This document shows positions 22,038-35,368 of a stretch of 64,000 nt of DNA, in pieces. The position numbers and the translations under genes are program-made. Source of the stretch: Hamiltosporidium tvaerminnensis FI-OER-3-3 (taxonomy: Eukaryota; Fungi; Microsporidia); contig CM061254.1 of assembly GCA_022605425.2 (NCBI GenBank), forward strand, positions 1-64,000, written 5' to 3'. Positions within the stretch are counted from its first letter, which is position 1. Every line of letters begins with the position of its first letter. Below the pieces are notes generated by a model. The model had not been told where the DNA came from. It searched no databases and was given only the letters and a program-made list of their open reading frames with translations.

Positions 22038-24093
22038 CTATAAAATCGAAAAATATTCTATTGACAAATAGGAATCCTCGTAGTATTCTTCAGCTTGCTT
22101 GATTATCGAATTGTAAGTAAATTCATAGCCTCTTTTCGCATAAAAAGACGTGACTAAAATAGAATTTCCTAAAATTGCCTTCTCGATATGACTTATTCTG
22201 AATTCAAGGTCTAATAATATTTTTAAGACCTGAATGTCAAAGTCGTGTTTATTTTGCGAAAAATCCATCGAATTTATTGATTCCTTCAAATTTATTATAT
22301 TCTGAGCTTCCTGATTAAAAATAGTTTCTAATCTCTTATTTCCACAAAATTTATCTCTATATATATTTACAAGTGCCGTAGCCTTATCCATATAAATATT
22401 TACGCTACAATGACTGCAAATTAAAGCAAATAATCTCCTTTGTATCAACTTTGAGGCAGATGGATTCGTTAGTTGGCATATAATACCTAAAAAAAGATCG
22501 TTTTTGAATCCATCCTCTATTCTAATATTCGTTTCAAATAAAGATCTAAAAATAAATCGCATTTTTAATTCAAAAAGGAAAATACTAAAATATTTTCCTT
22601 TTTCGATAATAAGAGTAGAGAAATAATGTAAGGTATTTAAAAGTCGGTAGATCTGAATCTTCTCGGGATTTTTTTGAAAAGAATAAAACAATTCTGATAA
22701 TAAATTTCTAGTAAAGAATATTATTTTGTCTATTAAGTTTTTTGAACAACTTTTTTTTTCACGGGATTTATATTTAACCACCTTATTATTGTTTAAAGGA
22801 ATTGAATATGTTATAAGACTTATAACTTTATAAAGATAATGCACATACAGAATATGTCCTTTAAAAATATATTGGAACTGGTTTTCTTTGAAAAATTCTG
22901 TAAAAAAATTTAACTCAGGAAATATTAAATTAATCTTTGTGTTTTCAATATTTTTAAAAGGATTGAGGCAAATATATTCTGTGATTTTTTTGCACCATTC
23001 CGATCTGCTTAGCTTTGAAAAAAAATTATTCTCAAGTTTGACAAGTTTTTTTACCAAACATTAAGATTGTTTTTAAATCCTCGAATGTTTTTACTTCATT
23101 GGGATAGAACTTTGAATTTTTATTTTTAAGATTTTCTAAAATATTTTTCTCGTCTAGGTCATCATCATAATAATTATTTTCGTTGAAATTATCAATACTA
23201 TTAGAAGTAAATATTATACTGAATAATTCTTCTTTTATAATTAGAATATATTCATGATTTACTTCGTTTAAACTTCTTTGTGAAATTTTTTGGTTAAAAA
23301 AAATATTTAAGGAAGGTATATCTGACATCATTTAGTATGTGTTTCTATACAACATATTTTCGTCATCTAAACACAACCATTTCTTCCTTTTGATATTTTT
23401 GCTTATCGAAGGATTACTTGGTATAGTATTTTTCATTGGAACTTCTATTGCTTTATTTAAAGCTAAAAATTCCAGGGCTGAAAAATCCACTTCTTCGGAA
23501 CATATTGTAGAGTTATCAATTATTACTGAATGAGAGCATGTATCAGGGAGGCTACATTCTGGATTTACTTCATTTTGTTCAATATATTTATATTCAAGGG
23601 GTTTTGAAATTTGTTCTTTCATTGCCTTTTCGGGAAAGGCAATATAGAATGCTGGCAGCAGTGTGGATGAATAGAATGCCGTTTCGGGCTCGGTCTGATT
23701 GCTGCATGTCATATGCAATGATTTATCTTTAAAAGAACTATTCTCTTTGTTTACTTTTGAATCACTCGTTTCCTTTATACAACGGTTCTGTGCATGTTCT
23801 TTCCAAGCTTCTTATTTTTTTGGAGTATATTCGGTCTGTAATGTTGTAGTTTTCGGTAGTTGATTACTTGGTTCACTTTGTAAGATTTCTATTTTTGGTG
23901 GTTGACTTAGCTCACTTTGTGATAAGAAAATTTTCGCAAAGCTTAAATAATCAAAACCATCGATTGTATAATCATCGTTGTTTTGATATGTAGAATTTTT
24001 TTGCCAAATTCTTTTGTTATTTCTTTGTTTGCTTGCATTAAGGGTTTCTGTTAGAAAAGCAAAAATTGTGTAAACACTGAATTTAGTTTTCAT
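22038..24093 (-). pseudogene. Fragmented member of a subtelomeric putative secreted-protein family (paralog of 35369-37315)
   Basis: Four consecutive same-strand ORF pieces with a signal-peptide-like start (MKTKFSVYTIFAFL). The last piece shares LIFPEL, G.ILYVHY, EKI..YR.LNT and MRF..R.LF with the 648-aa gene. Confidence 0.8.
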
Positions 24094-25848
24094 GGCTGAC
24101 TTTTTATGTACGTATGTATTATTTATTCAGGTTCTATAGATTTTTTATAATCTGTTAGACATTTTTTTTTCGATTCTAGATTCATTAAGAATTCTGGAAC
24201 AAAAAAAACAATATTTCCATTTTCTACCAGTGTATTTTTGAATTCATAATTTTGATTTAACAAATGAAAAGGTTTATGTATTATAGCTAATAATCTGACG
24301 TTTTTCATTTTAAATACAAAATATTTGAAATTTTTTAGTCTAAATTTGTCAATCAATGTAACTGCTGTTATTCCAAAACATACATTTTGGTTTCTTTTGT
24401 AGGTTAGAGGTTGAAAATATTATGCTTTCATTAACAAAATTTTAAATATAATATGACCATATAGGATATATTGAAGTTTTTTTCGATGAATTTTCATAAT
24501 TTTTAAATGAAGTTTCAAAGTTGTTATTAAAATTACAGAATATTCTAACATTTTTAAAATTTAAATGTTTTCAATTTTTTTTCGAACTTCTTAAAAAAAA
24601 ATTGTTTTTAATATAAATTATTCATATCGTATAATTTCTCATATTTCTTGCGAGTTTATTTTTTTCTTTTAAGACTTTATTTTAATGTATGTATGATAAA
24701 AATAGAAACATAGAAATGTTTTTTGGAGGCTAGGTTATTCCTACGTATTCTTTGATATTTCTATGTCTCTTTGAGTTATATTTTATGTACAGTTTCTAGA
24801 TTAATAGAAATTATATATGAAGTTTGAAATTCTAATAGATTCATGTTTTATTATTTGCTGCATTTTTTCAAATTAAATACCAATAGATTTATTATAATAT
24901 TGCATCCAATTTAAGAATAAAATTTATTTGCTGTATAAAGATTATGACTCTTTAATAAATTAAATTTGTTCCAAATCTAAAAATACGGAAATAAAATATG
25001 ATATCCTTAATACAGGTTTTTTGATTTTCCAAATAAAAATATTGTACTTAATTAAGTAAATTATAAATAAATCATGTTACAAATTTCCAATTAAAGAACG
25101 ATTGATATATTGTAAACAATCCACTAAAAGTAAATTAAAAACATATCACTGTTAATTTAACAATCCTTATATATTTTATAAAAAAGAAATTTTTCATAGA
25201 TCTAAAAATATATCGATTTAGATTTTTTTTAAACGAGAAAATTTTTTCTAACAATTTTAATCTCCATCAATTTAAATTTTAAATTCTTAAATTTACAAAT
25301 TACTATAATTTTTCTTAAGAGCTTTATGATGTCAGATTTTACATGAAGGAAAAGCAAGCATGATACAGGTTTTCCAAAAATTTCATATTTTATGAATCGA
25401 TAAAAAAATATATTTTTTTTCTTATAATTATGTATCTTAAATTTACGAAGATGCATGTATTAGATATAAACAGTCATGAAATTAGCCAATTTAAAGAAAC
25501 TCACAAACTATTTTGCATAAAATTAAATACGAAATGTCAGACTCAATTTATTGCTTTGATATTTATTCTAGGTGTTTAAATAAATCACTCTTACTTTTAA
25601 ATAATGGTTTATATAAGAATAAGTACCAATCTTAAGAAAGAATCATTTTAAATACTATGATTATACTCTAAAAATGGCGTTTTTATTTCATTTTCAAATG
25701 CTTTTTAAATTATGTATCTTGATGTGAGATCGTTGAGTTTTCCTATGTCTATAATCGACGGACTAAAAAAATTGTAGTGATTCTTTGAATAAAGGCTTTT
25801 GTTCGCTTTTTATTATAATCATCGAATTTGAAAATGTAACATATCGCA

Positions 25849-26083
25849 ATTTCCCACCATGCTGGGGGCATAATTGTTTTTGATACTTAGCTGCTTAACC
25901 TAAGAGGCGACTAAAAGGGACTGTCCTCCATGTTGAAGTTGGGCGTAGGGCTAAAAACCCAGCCTTTAAAACCACTTGTTACGAACCCGAAGAAGTAAAA
26001 AAATTCATTGAAAAAGACCAGTATATGGTATTATGGCGGGAACCAAGGCTCTTGCAGAGCTGTAGTGCTGCAGATGAATGAAT
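25849..26083 (+). mobile_element. Family B short RTE-like retroelement with 8-bp TSD
   Basis: Flanked by ATATCGCA (25841-25848 and 26084-26091). 3' end GCTGTAGTGC followed by a GATGAATGAA tail. Confidence 0.9.
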
Positions 26084-29000
26084 ATATCGCACATTAAAAC
26101 GGAATTTCAATAAACAGCGGCCAGATATGTAAATATTAGATTAGTTTTCTTGTCAACTATAAGATAAAACTAGATCGAGCCTTTAATTTTTTTTACACCA
26201 TAGATTTATATTATTTATTACGATACGAAAGCTTTATTGATTTATAGTTTAGAATTTATACCCGCAAAATTCTAGAAACAAATGCCCTAAACCCTACCGT
26301 TCACAAATCTAAATATAGAGTAGCTTTATCTTATAAATAAGGGTATCGCATCTAAAGCTCGTATAGAAGAATAATAATACAGTCAGTCTTTCTTATTCTC
26401 AATTTCCGAGATTTTTTTATTTATAAGAATGGATTAAGTTATGAGTTTTTTATCATTGGAATCTAAAAATTATGCTATTATAGGGTTTTTTATCATGAAT
26501 AAGGAAAAAAAATGTTTTTTTTATATTCAAATCTTAAATACGAATATGAACTGGATTGCAAGTAAAATCGAAGCTTATAATTTTTACTAATAAGAACTTC
26601 TAGATCAAAATACTTGATCAAAACAAATCAATTTCAAGCTGAAACAAGACTCCTTTGATATTTAACTGTGTATATTTAAATTTGCAAAACCTACAATTTA
26701 AAAAACTTTTTTGCATTTCGTACATTTCTTAAACGAGCAATTAAAAAAAATGTTTTTTTCTGTGATGCTATGATAATATTATGAAATTATACACAAATAA
26801 CTTGTGCCTTATATATCTTAATTTTCTTATCATAATTTTATTTGATCACAAATATTGGTAAGATTTGTATTATAAAATCCTGACACTTTTATTCAGCATC
26901 AGCATCTTATTTTTTCAACAAGTAATTGAAGACTATGTAGCTATATAGCAAATTATTAGATCTATAGTATATATTTTGATCTAATATGTATAAAACTTAC
27001 TATAGAATCATTCGGTACAAAAAGAATGTATATTTTATATTCGTGATGTTTTTTTTTTTATAGATAATAGATGTTTTGGCAATGTCTGGGGGCTTTACAT
27101 TGATAAATAAGATTATATGGATGACATCTAAGATGCCCTTTGCCAAAAACATGAAAAATATGCTTTATACTTATGAAATATAATAGATATTGTTTTTATC
27201 GAAAATTTTTACTATAGTAATATTGTAATTAAAATTCAAATTTCTTTTGGTTGCGTTTATGTGTTGGGTTTTTGTGCAAAATTAAACTTATTTAAATGAT
27301 ATAAAGGCTTTTAATACAATCTAGCGAAGTAATTTTTCGTACATATATTTTTTTAAAATGATTCAATAAATATTCTCTGATGGTCATTTTGTAATATATT
27401 ATAATGGGGGTTTCAAGGTAAATTCTACAATTTTCTCTGATATTTTCTGAAATTGTTTAATCTTTTAAAAAAAATGTATGAACTATTTCAAATTAAAATT
27501 CTAATATTTTTTATCTTTATAGAATATTTCGTTGTAAAAGGGAAGAAATTTTACAGAGAATGAAGACTTTTGTTTTATCTTTGGAAATATTTTTACTGTT
27601 TATCTGATCAAATATGGGACCGAAAGAAAATTTTTATGGCATTGAATTATATAATATCACCGCTTCAGATATTTATAGAAAATATTTGTATTGCTTAGCG
27701 ATGATATATTTTTAAATTGTTTGGCACTTATCACAATAAACCACTTTGTTAGTTATATATTCGTATTACTAAAAATGCTTTAGATTCAATTTTTAAAAAT
27801 AAAGGAAGATTTTTTAGCATTTCAGAATTCATAATTATTGATTTCTTAAATAAAATTAGACGGCTTTGTTAGAATATTAATCGTTCTTATGGCGTTTAAA
27901 AATTCTTTTTTATCCAAATGATGATATTTTATAGTTTTTTTTAATTTATTTTACTAGATTGTTCTAAACAAGTATGAGTCTTTGTTTTGTCTTTAAATAT
28001 AATAGATAGTATTCTTTGCTCTGTTCTGTATAGTTTGGATTCAATTGTAGCGTTTAAAGATGGAATTTAATACATATATCAGTCCATACTATAGAAAAAC
28101 ACGGAGTGCTATATGATAGTATTAAATAAAAATGGCTTTCTGGAATGGAAACTATCATTTTTTTGATAGGTTATTGCGGTCAGAACGTGTTTTGTTTAAA
28201 AAGGCAAAGAATGAACGATTGATGAAAATTTTTATTACTTTCGCTAAAAAAGATTTTCGGTAAAATCATAAGTTATTTTCCTACCGATAACAAAATAAAA
28301 CCGCGATTAGGAGAATAGTTTAAAGCTCATGTATTTTAAGTTTCTAAATTAAGGAGTCTTATGAACTATATTTACATGCAAAATGTAAATAGTTAAATGG
28401 GTGTATAAACTAATATATGTACTGAAAAAACATATATAGTGAAATTTACATTTAGAAAACAGATCTGAGAAAATTTTGTATTAAATAGATGTTTATAGAT
28501 AACGAAAGGCGAAAATTTATTTTATCGAGATAGGACAAATAAAGATTACTTAACCCAGTATGCAACATTTTAAAACATAAGCATGTAGATATACAAACAT
28601 AGCTTGCATGATCTTAGCGGCTAAGAATTATGGATTATTATTTTTATAAATTGTTTGTTTTTAGAACTTTTATGATAGAAATTAAATGATTAGGATTCAA
28701 TGCTAGGGGTCAATTTCAAGCACAGAAGCATTCTTTGATCTGCTTTCTAAAATAAAAATTAATTTTATATTGGCTTCTTGAAACAAAAAAATGTGTTCAA
28801 TTTATTGAGATAAGTAGAAAATTACAAGCTGAAAAAATTCGAATATACTTTTTATAAATGCGAATTATGAATTAAAAAGTATTGGAGTAGCCGTCGTTAA
28901 TAAAAGTACGATTAATTTTCATTGAACGATTTTAATTTTTATAAGCTTTACATTTCACTTATAAACTTTCATATTGCAATATCTTGCTCTGGAACTACAA

Positions 29001-32000
29001 TCACAACAAAAAAGTTCTCTTTCAGCTCATTCTAAATATTTTGAGAACGAAAAAATTAAAGTGAACTGAGTGAAATCTTTAGAAACACCAATAGCACGTG
29101 ACACAAAAAAGTATGAAATGAAAGCTATAATTTTTAATTATGGTTTTATTGATGATTTTAGTAATTCATACTCATTCCTGTCAAAACCGCAAAGGAAATA
29201 CAATTATGAGAGAACGGACTATTTATATGCGAATAAAACGAGAGAAATATATTTGCTTCAAGTATTTATACATTTTTAAAGTCTGATTTTGGTTTTTTGA
29301 AACATTATCTGGAAGATAAAAAATTTGTAAAACCCTAATTTACTTGATGAAATTATTCAATAGATCTTTTTTTAATATTTTTAGAGTATGTAACAACTAG
29401 AAATTAGAAAAATTTCGGAAAGGCTTAACCTGTATAAACTTGAAATATTTAATTATTTTCTTTTTAAATTCGAAACATTGTGAACAATAGCCTGATTTTT
29501 CGTACCTCGGATTTAGCTTATCTATGGGATATCCATTGATATTGAAAGTTATATGAATATAAATTTCATTTCGGGTTTCTGTTTTCATCTTCATCATTTA
29601 GTTTATTCACCTTATTGATACATCTGTTACGAATTTGAAATTTTTGCATAACTTATAAGAAAATGATATAAACCCCAGCATACCCATTCAAATAATTTTA
29701 GATCAGAAATAGGAACCTGCGAAATATTGTTAAAATAATTTGCCTGTAGCTCACAAGTATTTAAACTTTGCACTTAATTTTCTAATGCTATTTAAACGAG
29801 GAAAATATTTTTTAATTTATTCTATTCAAGTCATATAAGCCGAATTTTATTTTTTTTTGAGAGATGTCTTGGTTATTCCGATATATAATAATTAAACATA
29901 AATCCTTTGGACTTGTGCCCTAAAAAAATCTAATTTCTATAGCTTATGTAGCAAAAATTTTATTTTCACGATGTATTTATTGATTATCATACGATAAACA
30001 TTAAAGTGCACGATTATTGTTCAAAATAATTAAAATATAGTAGTTACTGTTTATAACGTGATCATCTATGTATTTATTCAGCTAGAAAGGAATTTATATT
30101 TATATCTGAGAAAGTAGATGATGCCTATGTATATTTTTGCGAAGAACGATATGCTTTTGTAATTGCGATACAAGAAAACTAAATAGAATAATTTTTACAA
30201 ACATATATATTTCAAAAGCAAATTTAGCCTTTTTTGTGATTATACGCAAAATCTTGCTTATAGTAATTGTATCTGTATGGTTTTTAGCTACGGAAAAACT
30301 AGTACTACTTTTTTTAGTTGCCAAAAAGGTTCGATTGCAAATTCTTTATCAAATTATGATCTTTACAAACTATTGTACATTTTTTTAATTAGAAAATATT
30401 TCAAATTATAGAGCCTAAGAGTTAGAGTTTCTATCAAAAATGGCAAGTCATAGTGTATATCGAATTATTTAAAACCTAATTTTCTAGTATTCTGTGCTCG
30501 TCTAGAGATTTTTTCAAATAACTTGCTAAAAAAAACTTTAATTTATATACCCAATTAAAGGTTTTAAATTAACAGTTTATCCTCTTTTTAAAAATAGTTT
30601 TATTGATTTATCCAACCTAGCATAGCAGATTCGGGAAAAGAATCAGCCAAGACTATATACCAATGTATTCATATATATTTTGCAGGCTTTTAAATTTTAA
30701 AGAATTAAAAAATGCAGACCGTCTCTGTTTCTTAATCCCTGAGAATAATATTTTACAACTTTAGATATAAATTCTTCTAAACCATTGAGACTTTAAAATT
30801 TGTATTTAGCCGGTTTTACCCGATGAAAATTCCATCTTTAATAAGTTATCTTACTTAATATGTTTATATTTGTAACACAAGATTATTTGAAATTAAGTTT
30901 AATAATTAAACATCATATTCTAAAAGAATTAGGAATATATCTCAAATCAAAATTTTTTGTGAGAATGATAATATAAATTTTATTTCTGCTTAAAAAATGC
31001 AAAATCTGTATTAAGTAAATATAAATATACTCTATCTGAAATATAATAATTTAAGTAGATATGCTATAAAAAGCCCTGATGAAGCTAAAAACTATGCTAT
31101 TTGTGAGGAAATAAAATAAGCGAAATTTTTAAGACTTGGAAATGGGCGATATGAATATCACTTAAAAAATACCGAATTTATTTAACTTTTTTAGAATGAA
31201 TTAATAAATATGTTTCTACCATATTTAATCATATTATATAGAAAAGATATAGTTAGCTAATTTTATTTATCTATTTTTTTATCTGTTTACCGAAACTTTT
31301 TAAAAAATTTTTTACGCTTTTTTTACTCTGAATTTTCAAGATATTCTTTTTTAGAAGTTTGAAAATTCAAATGCTAAGTTTCCTACTTAATTCATTCTTG
31401 ATTATCTAATATATCTGGCATTGTCATTTATTTCTTTTTATAATTAGCGATAAATCTAATGCGTATAGCTATATCTTGTATCTATGCATATTTAATCCTT
31501 TAAGCAAAGTATTTTAAAGATATTTGTTTACTTATATTTTATTACATATCAGTGGGCTTTTTTATTACTTTTTTGCCATTTATAATGTATTATTACTTGT
31601 ATTTAAGAAATTTTTGATTGAAAAATGTATTTAAATCTAAGTACATACTTATAGATACTAATATTAAGCAAATGGAAGCACAAAATATTGGACTTTTAAT
31701 TTAAAAGATCAATATCGAAATATAATAGTGAAAAAAGCAATTACAAAAAAAACCTGAGAATAAAAGATCGAAAAGATAGAATAAGCCAACCAATTAAATC
31801 AAACAAACAATTCTGTTTTTAATTCCTTTGTTTAAACTACAAATGGTTTTAATTCCTTTTATCTTTAAATTCATATGCTTAGTAATATTAGAGACCGAAA
31901 TTCGAGACTGCATTTTTTAAAGATTAAACTTCTTGATATCTTAATGATCGGGTTATTATCTAAAAAAGAAGGCCTTTGCTGGCAATCTTACATTTAATCC

Positions 32001-33230
32001 TTTTTAGTTGCATTGTAGTATTTTTTGTTATTATTCCATAATTATTTCGATTTTTATATACCTAAATTATATTCATTTTTTCTTTTGTAGCATTAACTGG
32101 AATTGATTGTGCTTCTGCAATATCGAATTTATATTCATATTTGATCGCAATTCTAAAAACAGGTTTGTCTTCGAATAAATTTAAAAAATTCTAACCAGCG
32201 CTTTTAAATATTATGTTTTTATTTTCTTAAGGACATCTTTAATTTTATTTTTTTAAGGAAAAAATTTTGAATTTTTAAAGCTTTGGATTATTATAAAAAT
32301 ATATTCTGTAAAATCCTTTTTTAAAAATTACCTTGTATAATTTTGGAGCAAATCAGATATGTTACATAAGCATTTACTAACTTACAATACATTTCTGTAC
32401 TTTTTTTCTCTCGGAATTTACTTTCGGTAAGAGTTTAATTTTTAAGTACATTTGTTAAAGATGCTAGTTTTTAATATATTTCATATCAAAATTAGCAGTA
32501 CGAACAGACTTTATTCTAAATATTCTTTGGATTATAATAATATGTAAGTTTTACAATATTTACTACGAGCTTTTATTTCCGAAATTCCAATTCATTTCAT
32601 ACAAATCCCGTATTAGCTCACAAAACCAATATATTATAATTTTTATTTGTAATCAACTTTAAATTTTTTTTAGAATTATAATTGTCTAAATTTTAGTTCT
32701 CTAAACTCAAAATAAAATTCTTGATGTATTGTTTAACACCCGTAATTTTGAGAAAATTTTAATTTAAGATTTTAGATATTTCCGATGGGCTAGCTTTATG
32801 GAAACCTTGCGGCTTAGGAAACCTATTTTCTTAGAAGGTTTTTCCCGAGTTTCACATTTGCCAATATATTTTTGTCTTTTTGGAAAATTTTAACTGTTTG
32901 GAAATTTACACAATGCCCTTTTGATTAATAATATTACTTTCATGTGAGACATAATATCCTGGGAACAATGTATTTATATTTTTGATAAAGGTGATTTTGA
33001 ATATATATATTTTATATACGTCTTTTGGAGTCACTTTATCGAAATGAATTTGCTAAATATTTAATTAATTTTAAATTTCGATCGGGAATTTTCTCAAAAC
33101 TCCTTCCAAATACATTCCGCTGCTTTTTCTGTTTTTAAATATTTTACCGAGTAGTCGCGTTTTTGGCGTGTCTAAAAAGCCCTAAAATGTTTGCATTCTA
33201 AAATTAAATAGATATTTTTTTTCGGATATT

Positions 33231-33950
33231 GGTAGAAGGAAGATAACCACACAAAAAATAATCCGTTTGGCAATAGGTATGTGAAAGAGGTGTGAAGAAT
33301 ATTGTTCGAATTTTTGATGGGAATAAAACCACACTTAACCTCGGTTTTTCCATGGGAGTTGTTTTGAGGAGAATAGGTCTACGAAATAGCGAAACTTTTT
33401 CTACAAATTTATTTGTAGTTTTTTATGTAACTAGATTGCAGCCCACGGCTGAAAATGTAGGTAATTTCCGTGTAGATGCATGGATGCTATCCTCGCTCAC
33501 TCGTTTTGAAGATAGGCGCCAGGAGATATAAAAAATATAACCATTTAAAGCGGGAAAGTCAAGTAGCAGATTATACCTGTTAAGATGACATTATGTTGTC
33601 TAGGTGGAAACCATCTTAGTCTTTAAATATATCTTTGCTGGAAGTTATTTGGGTTCAGAAAGTGTATAGTAAGTGGGAATACTGCATATTCTTAAGGGGG
33701 CTCGGGGGGCTTCGGCTCTCGATCTACACCATGTAACAAACATTAACGAACACTTGGCAAATGCCATGTCTATAAATTGGGTTCTACACACCTATTACAT
33801 GAAAAGCTCTGGTACGTAGGTATCGTGGGGGGTACTGATGGTGTGTTGGGGTCCAGTTATTTAAGTTTAACATAGAACTGCTTTAATGTCATGAAATCAA
33901 ATATAACACCTGTCACTGTTTTAAAAAGATGTTATATTTTGCAATAAAAA
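33231..33950 (+). mobile_element. Family A non-coding interspersed element
   Basis: Reverse-complement homolog of 38217-38943 over its whole length. Confidence 0.85.
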
Positions 33951-35368
33951 TTATTTGCGAATATTTCTCTTATTCAAGCATTCCTAAATTAGATTGTGAT
34001 AGCACTTTCTTTTCATATTATTTCGACTATTTTAACTACATTTAATTTAATTTTTGATCAATTTAGGACATAGTTAAACCTTTTATTTCGATATAATTAT
34101 GGTCTTTAAAGCGAAGTGAAAGCATTCAGTTCAAAAATCTTGATAAGAATATTCCGAGATAAAATTGAACTACAAAATGAAAATTATTGCATAATTCAGA
34201 ATAATTAATCAGATATATTCATTATGAATATGTGTAAAAACCGATAACACGCATTGGTGTAGGAATCAGTATTCGGGATTGACTTTAAATCGTTCGCACT
34301 AAAAAGTGGAAAGTATAGCTATAAGCTACTGTGTAGTGTCTTATGTATGTGTATGGCGTGAAGACACTTCCTTATGTGTTAATTGGGTGATTTTTGTTAT
34401 AAAACACCATAGGTTTCATCATAAAAAACTACAAAGAATAAGAACTCAAAAAAAATATCCAGTCGATAGTACACAAAAAGACAGGCGAAAAAATTTCCTG
34501 GGATTGGCGAAAAAGCGTAGTTTCGGAATAAATCCCGAATAGAGCAGTTAAAGAGCGCTGTTATGTGATATTAGATTTGCATAGATTCAATCAATCAACA
34601 TTTTTCTTAAAGCTAATAAAACGATGGAAGATGGTGGCCAATAAGTAACTACAAAAAAAATTTACCTCTTTGCTATAGATATTTTTATAACAACTGAGGA
34701 AAGAAGATAGATATAAATCAAGAGTCTGAATCTGAAAAAAGAAATATTGCATTAAAATGATAAAAATTATTTTAAAGAGAGAAAATTTGTGGAACAAGAA
34801 TTTTATTACCAAAAATATTTAATACTATAAATATTTCATAATCGTAATATTTTAACAAGGTATTCATTCGGTAATCTTTGCTTAAAAGCTCATCATATTA
34901 TATATTTTTAAAAAAAGAAATCAAAGGTGGTTTTTTTAAATCAGAAAATAAATAATAACAAGTTTGGATATTTTGAAGCATAAAATATTCGGATATAACA
35001 TAAATCTAATGAGGATTTATGATTTGTCTCTATAAATTTTACTGTGCAAGAGGTTTAGGAAACAAATATTGTGTTTCCTTGCTATAATTACACATATTGA
35101 CGGGAAAGTTCTTGGATTATCTGTAATTTATAATAATAAATGCGGGTTTCAATTCAATAAGAACGAAAAAAAAACAATAAAACGTAAGAAACGAGACAAT
35201 ATTAAAAATATCTGTTTGGGCTACCAACTAATTTTTATCCCGAGATTCTCAATTAAATAGATCAATATTGAACTAATAGGCGTAAAAAAATTAAACATGT
35301 ATATAAAAGCATTTAATATCAGTAATTTGATAAAATATATTGTTAAGAATTTTTAAGGGACAAAAATT

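Noticed and set aside
33276-33312. Pol III A/B boxes suggesting family A is tRNA-derived
   Set aside because: The B-box-like GTTCGAAT is present only in this copy; the two best-preserved copies read GTTTGGAT.
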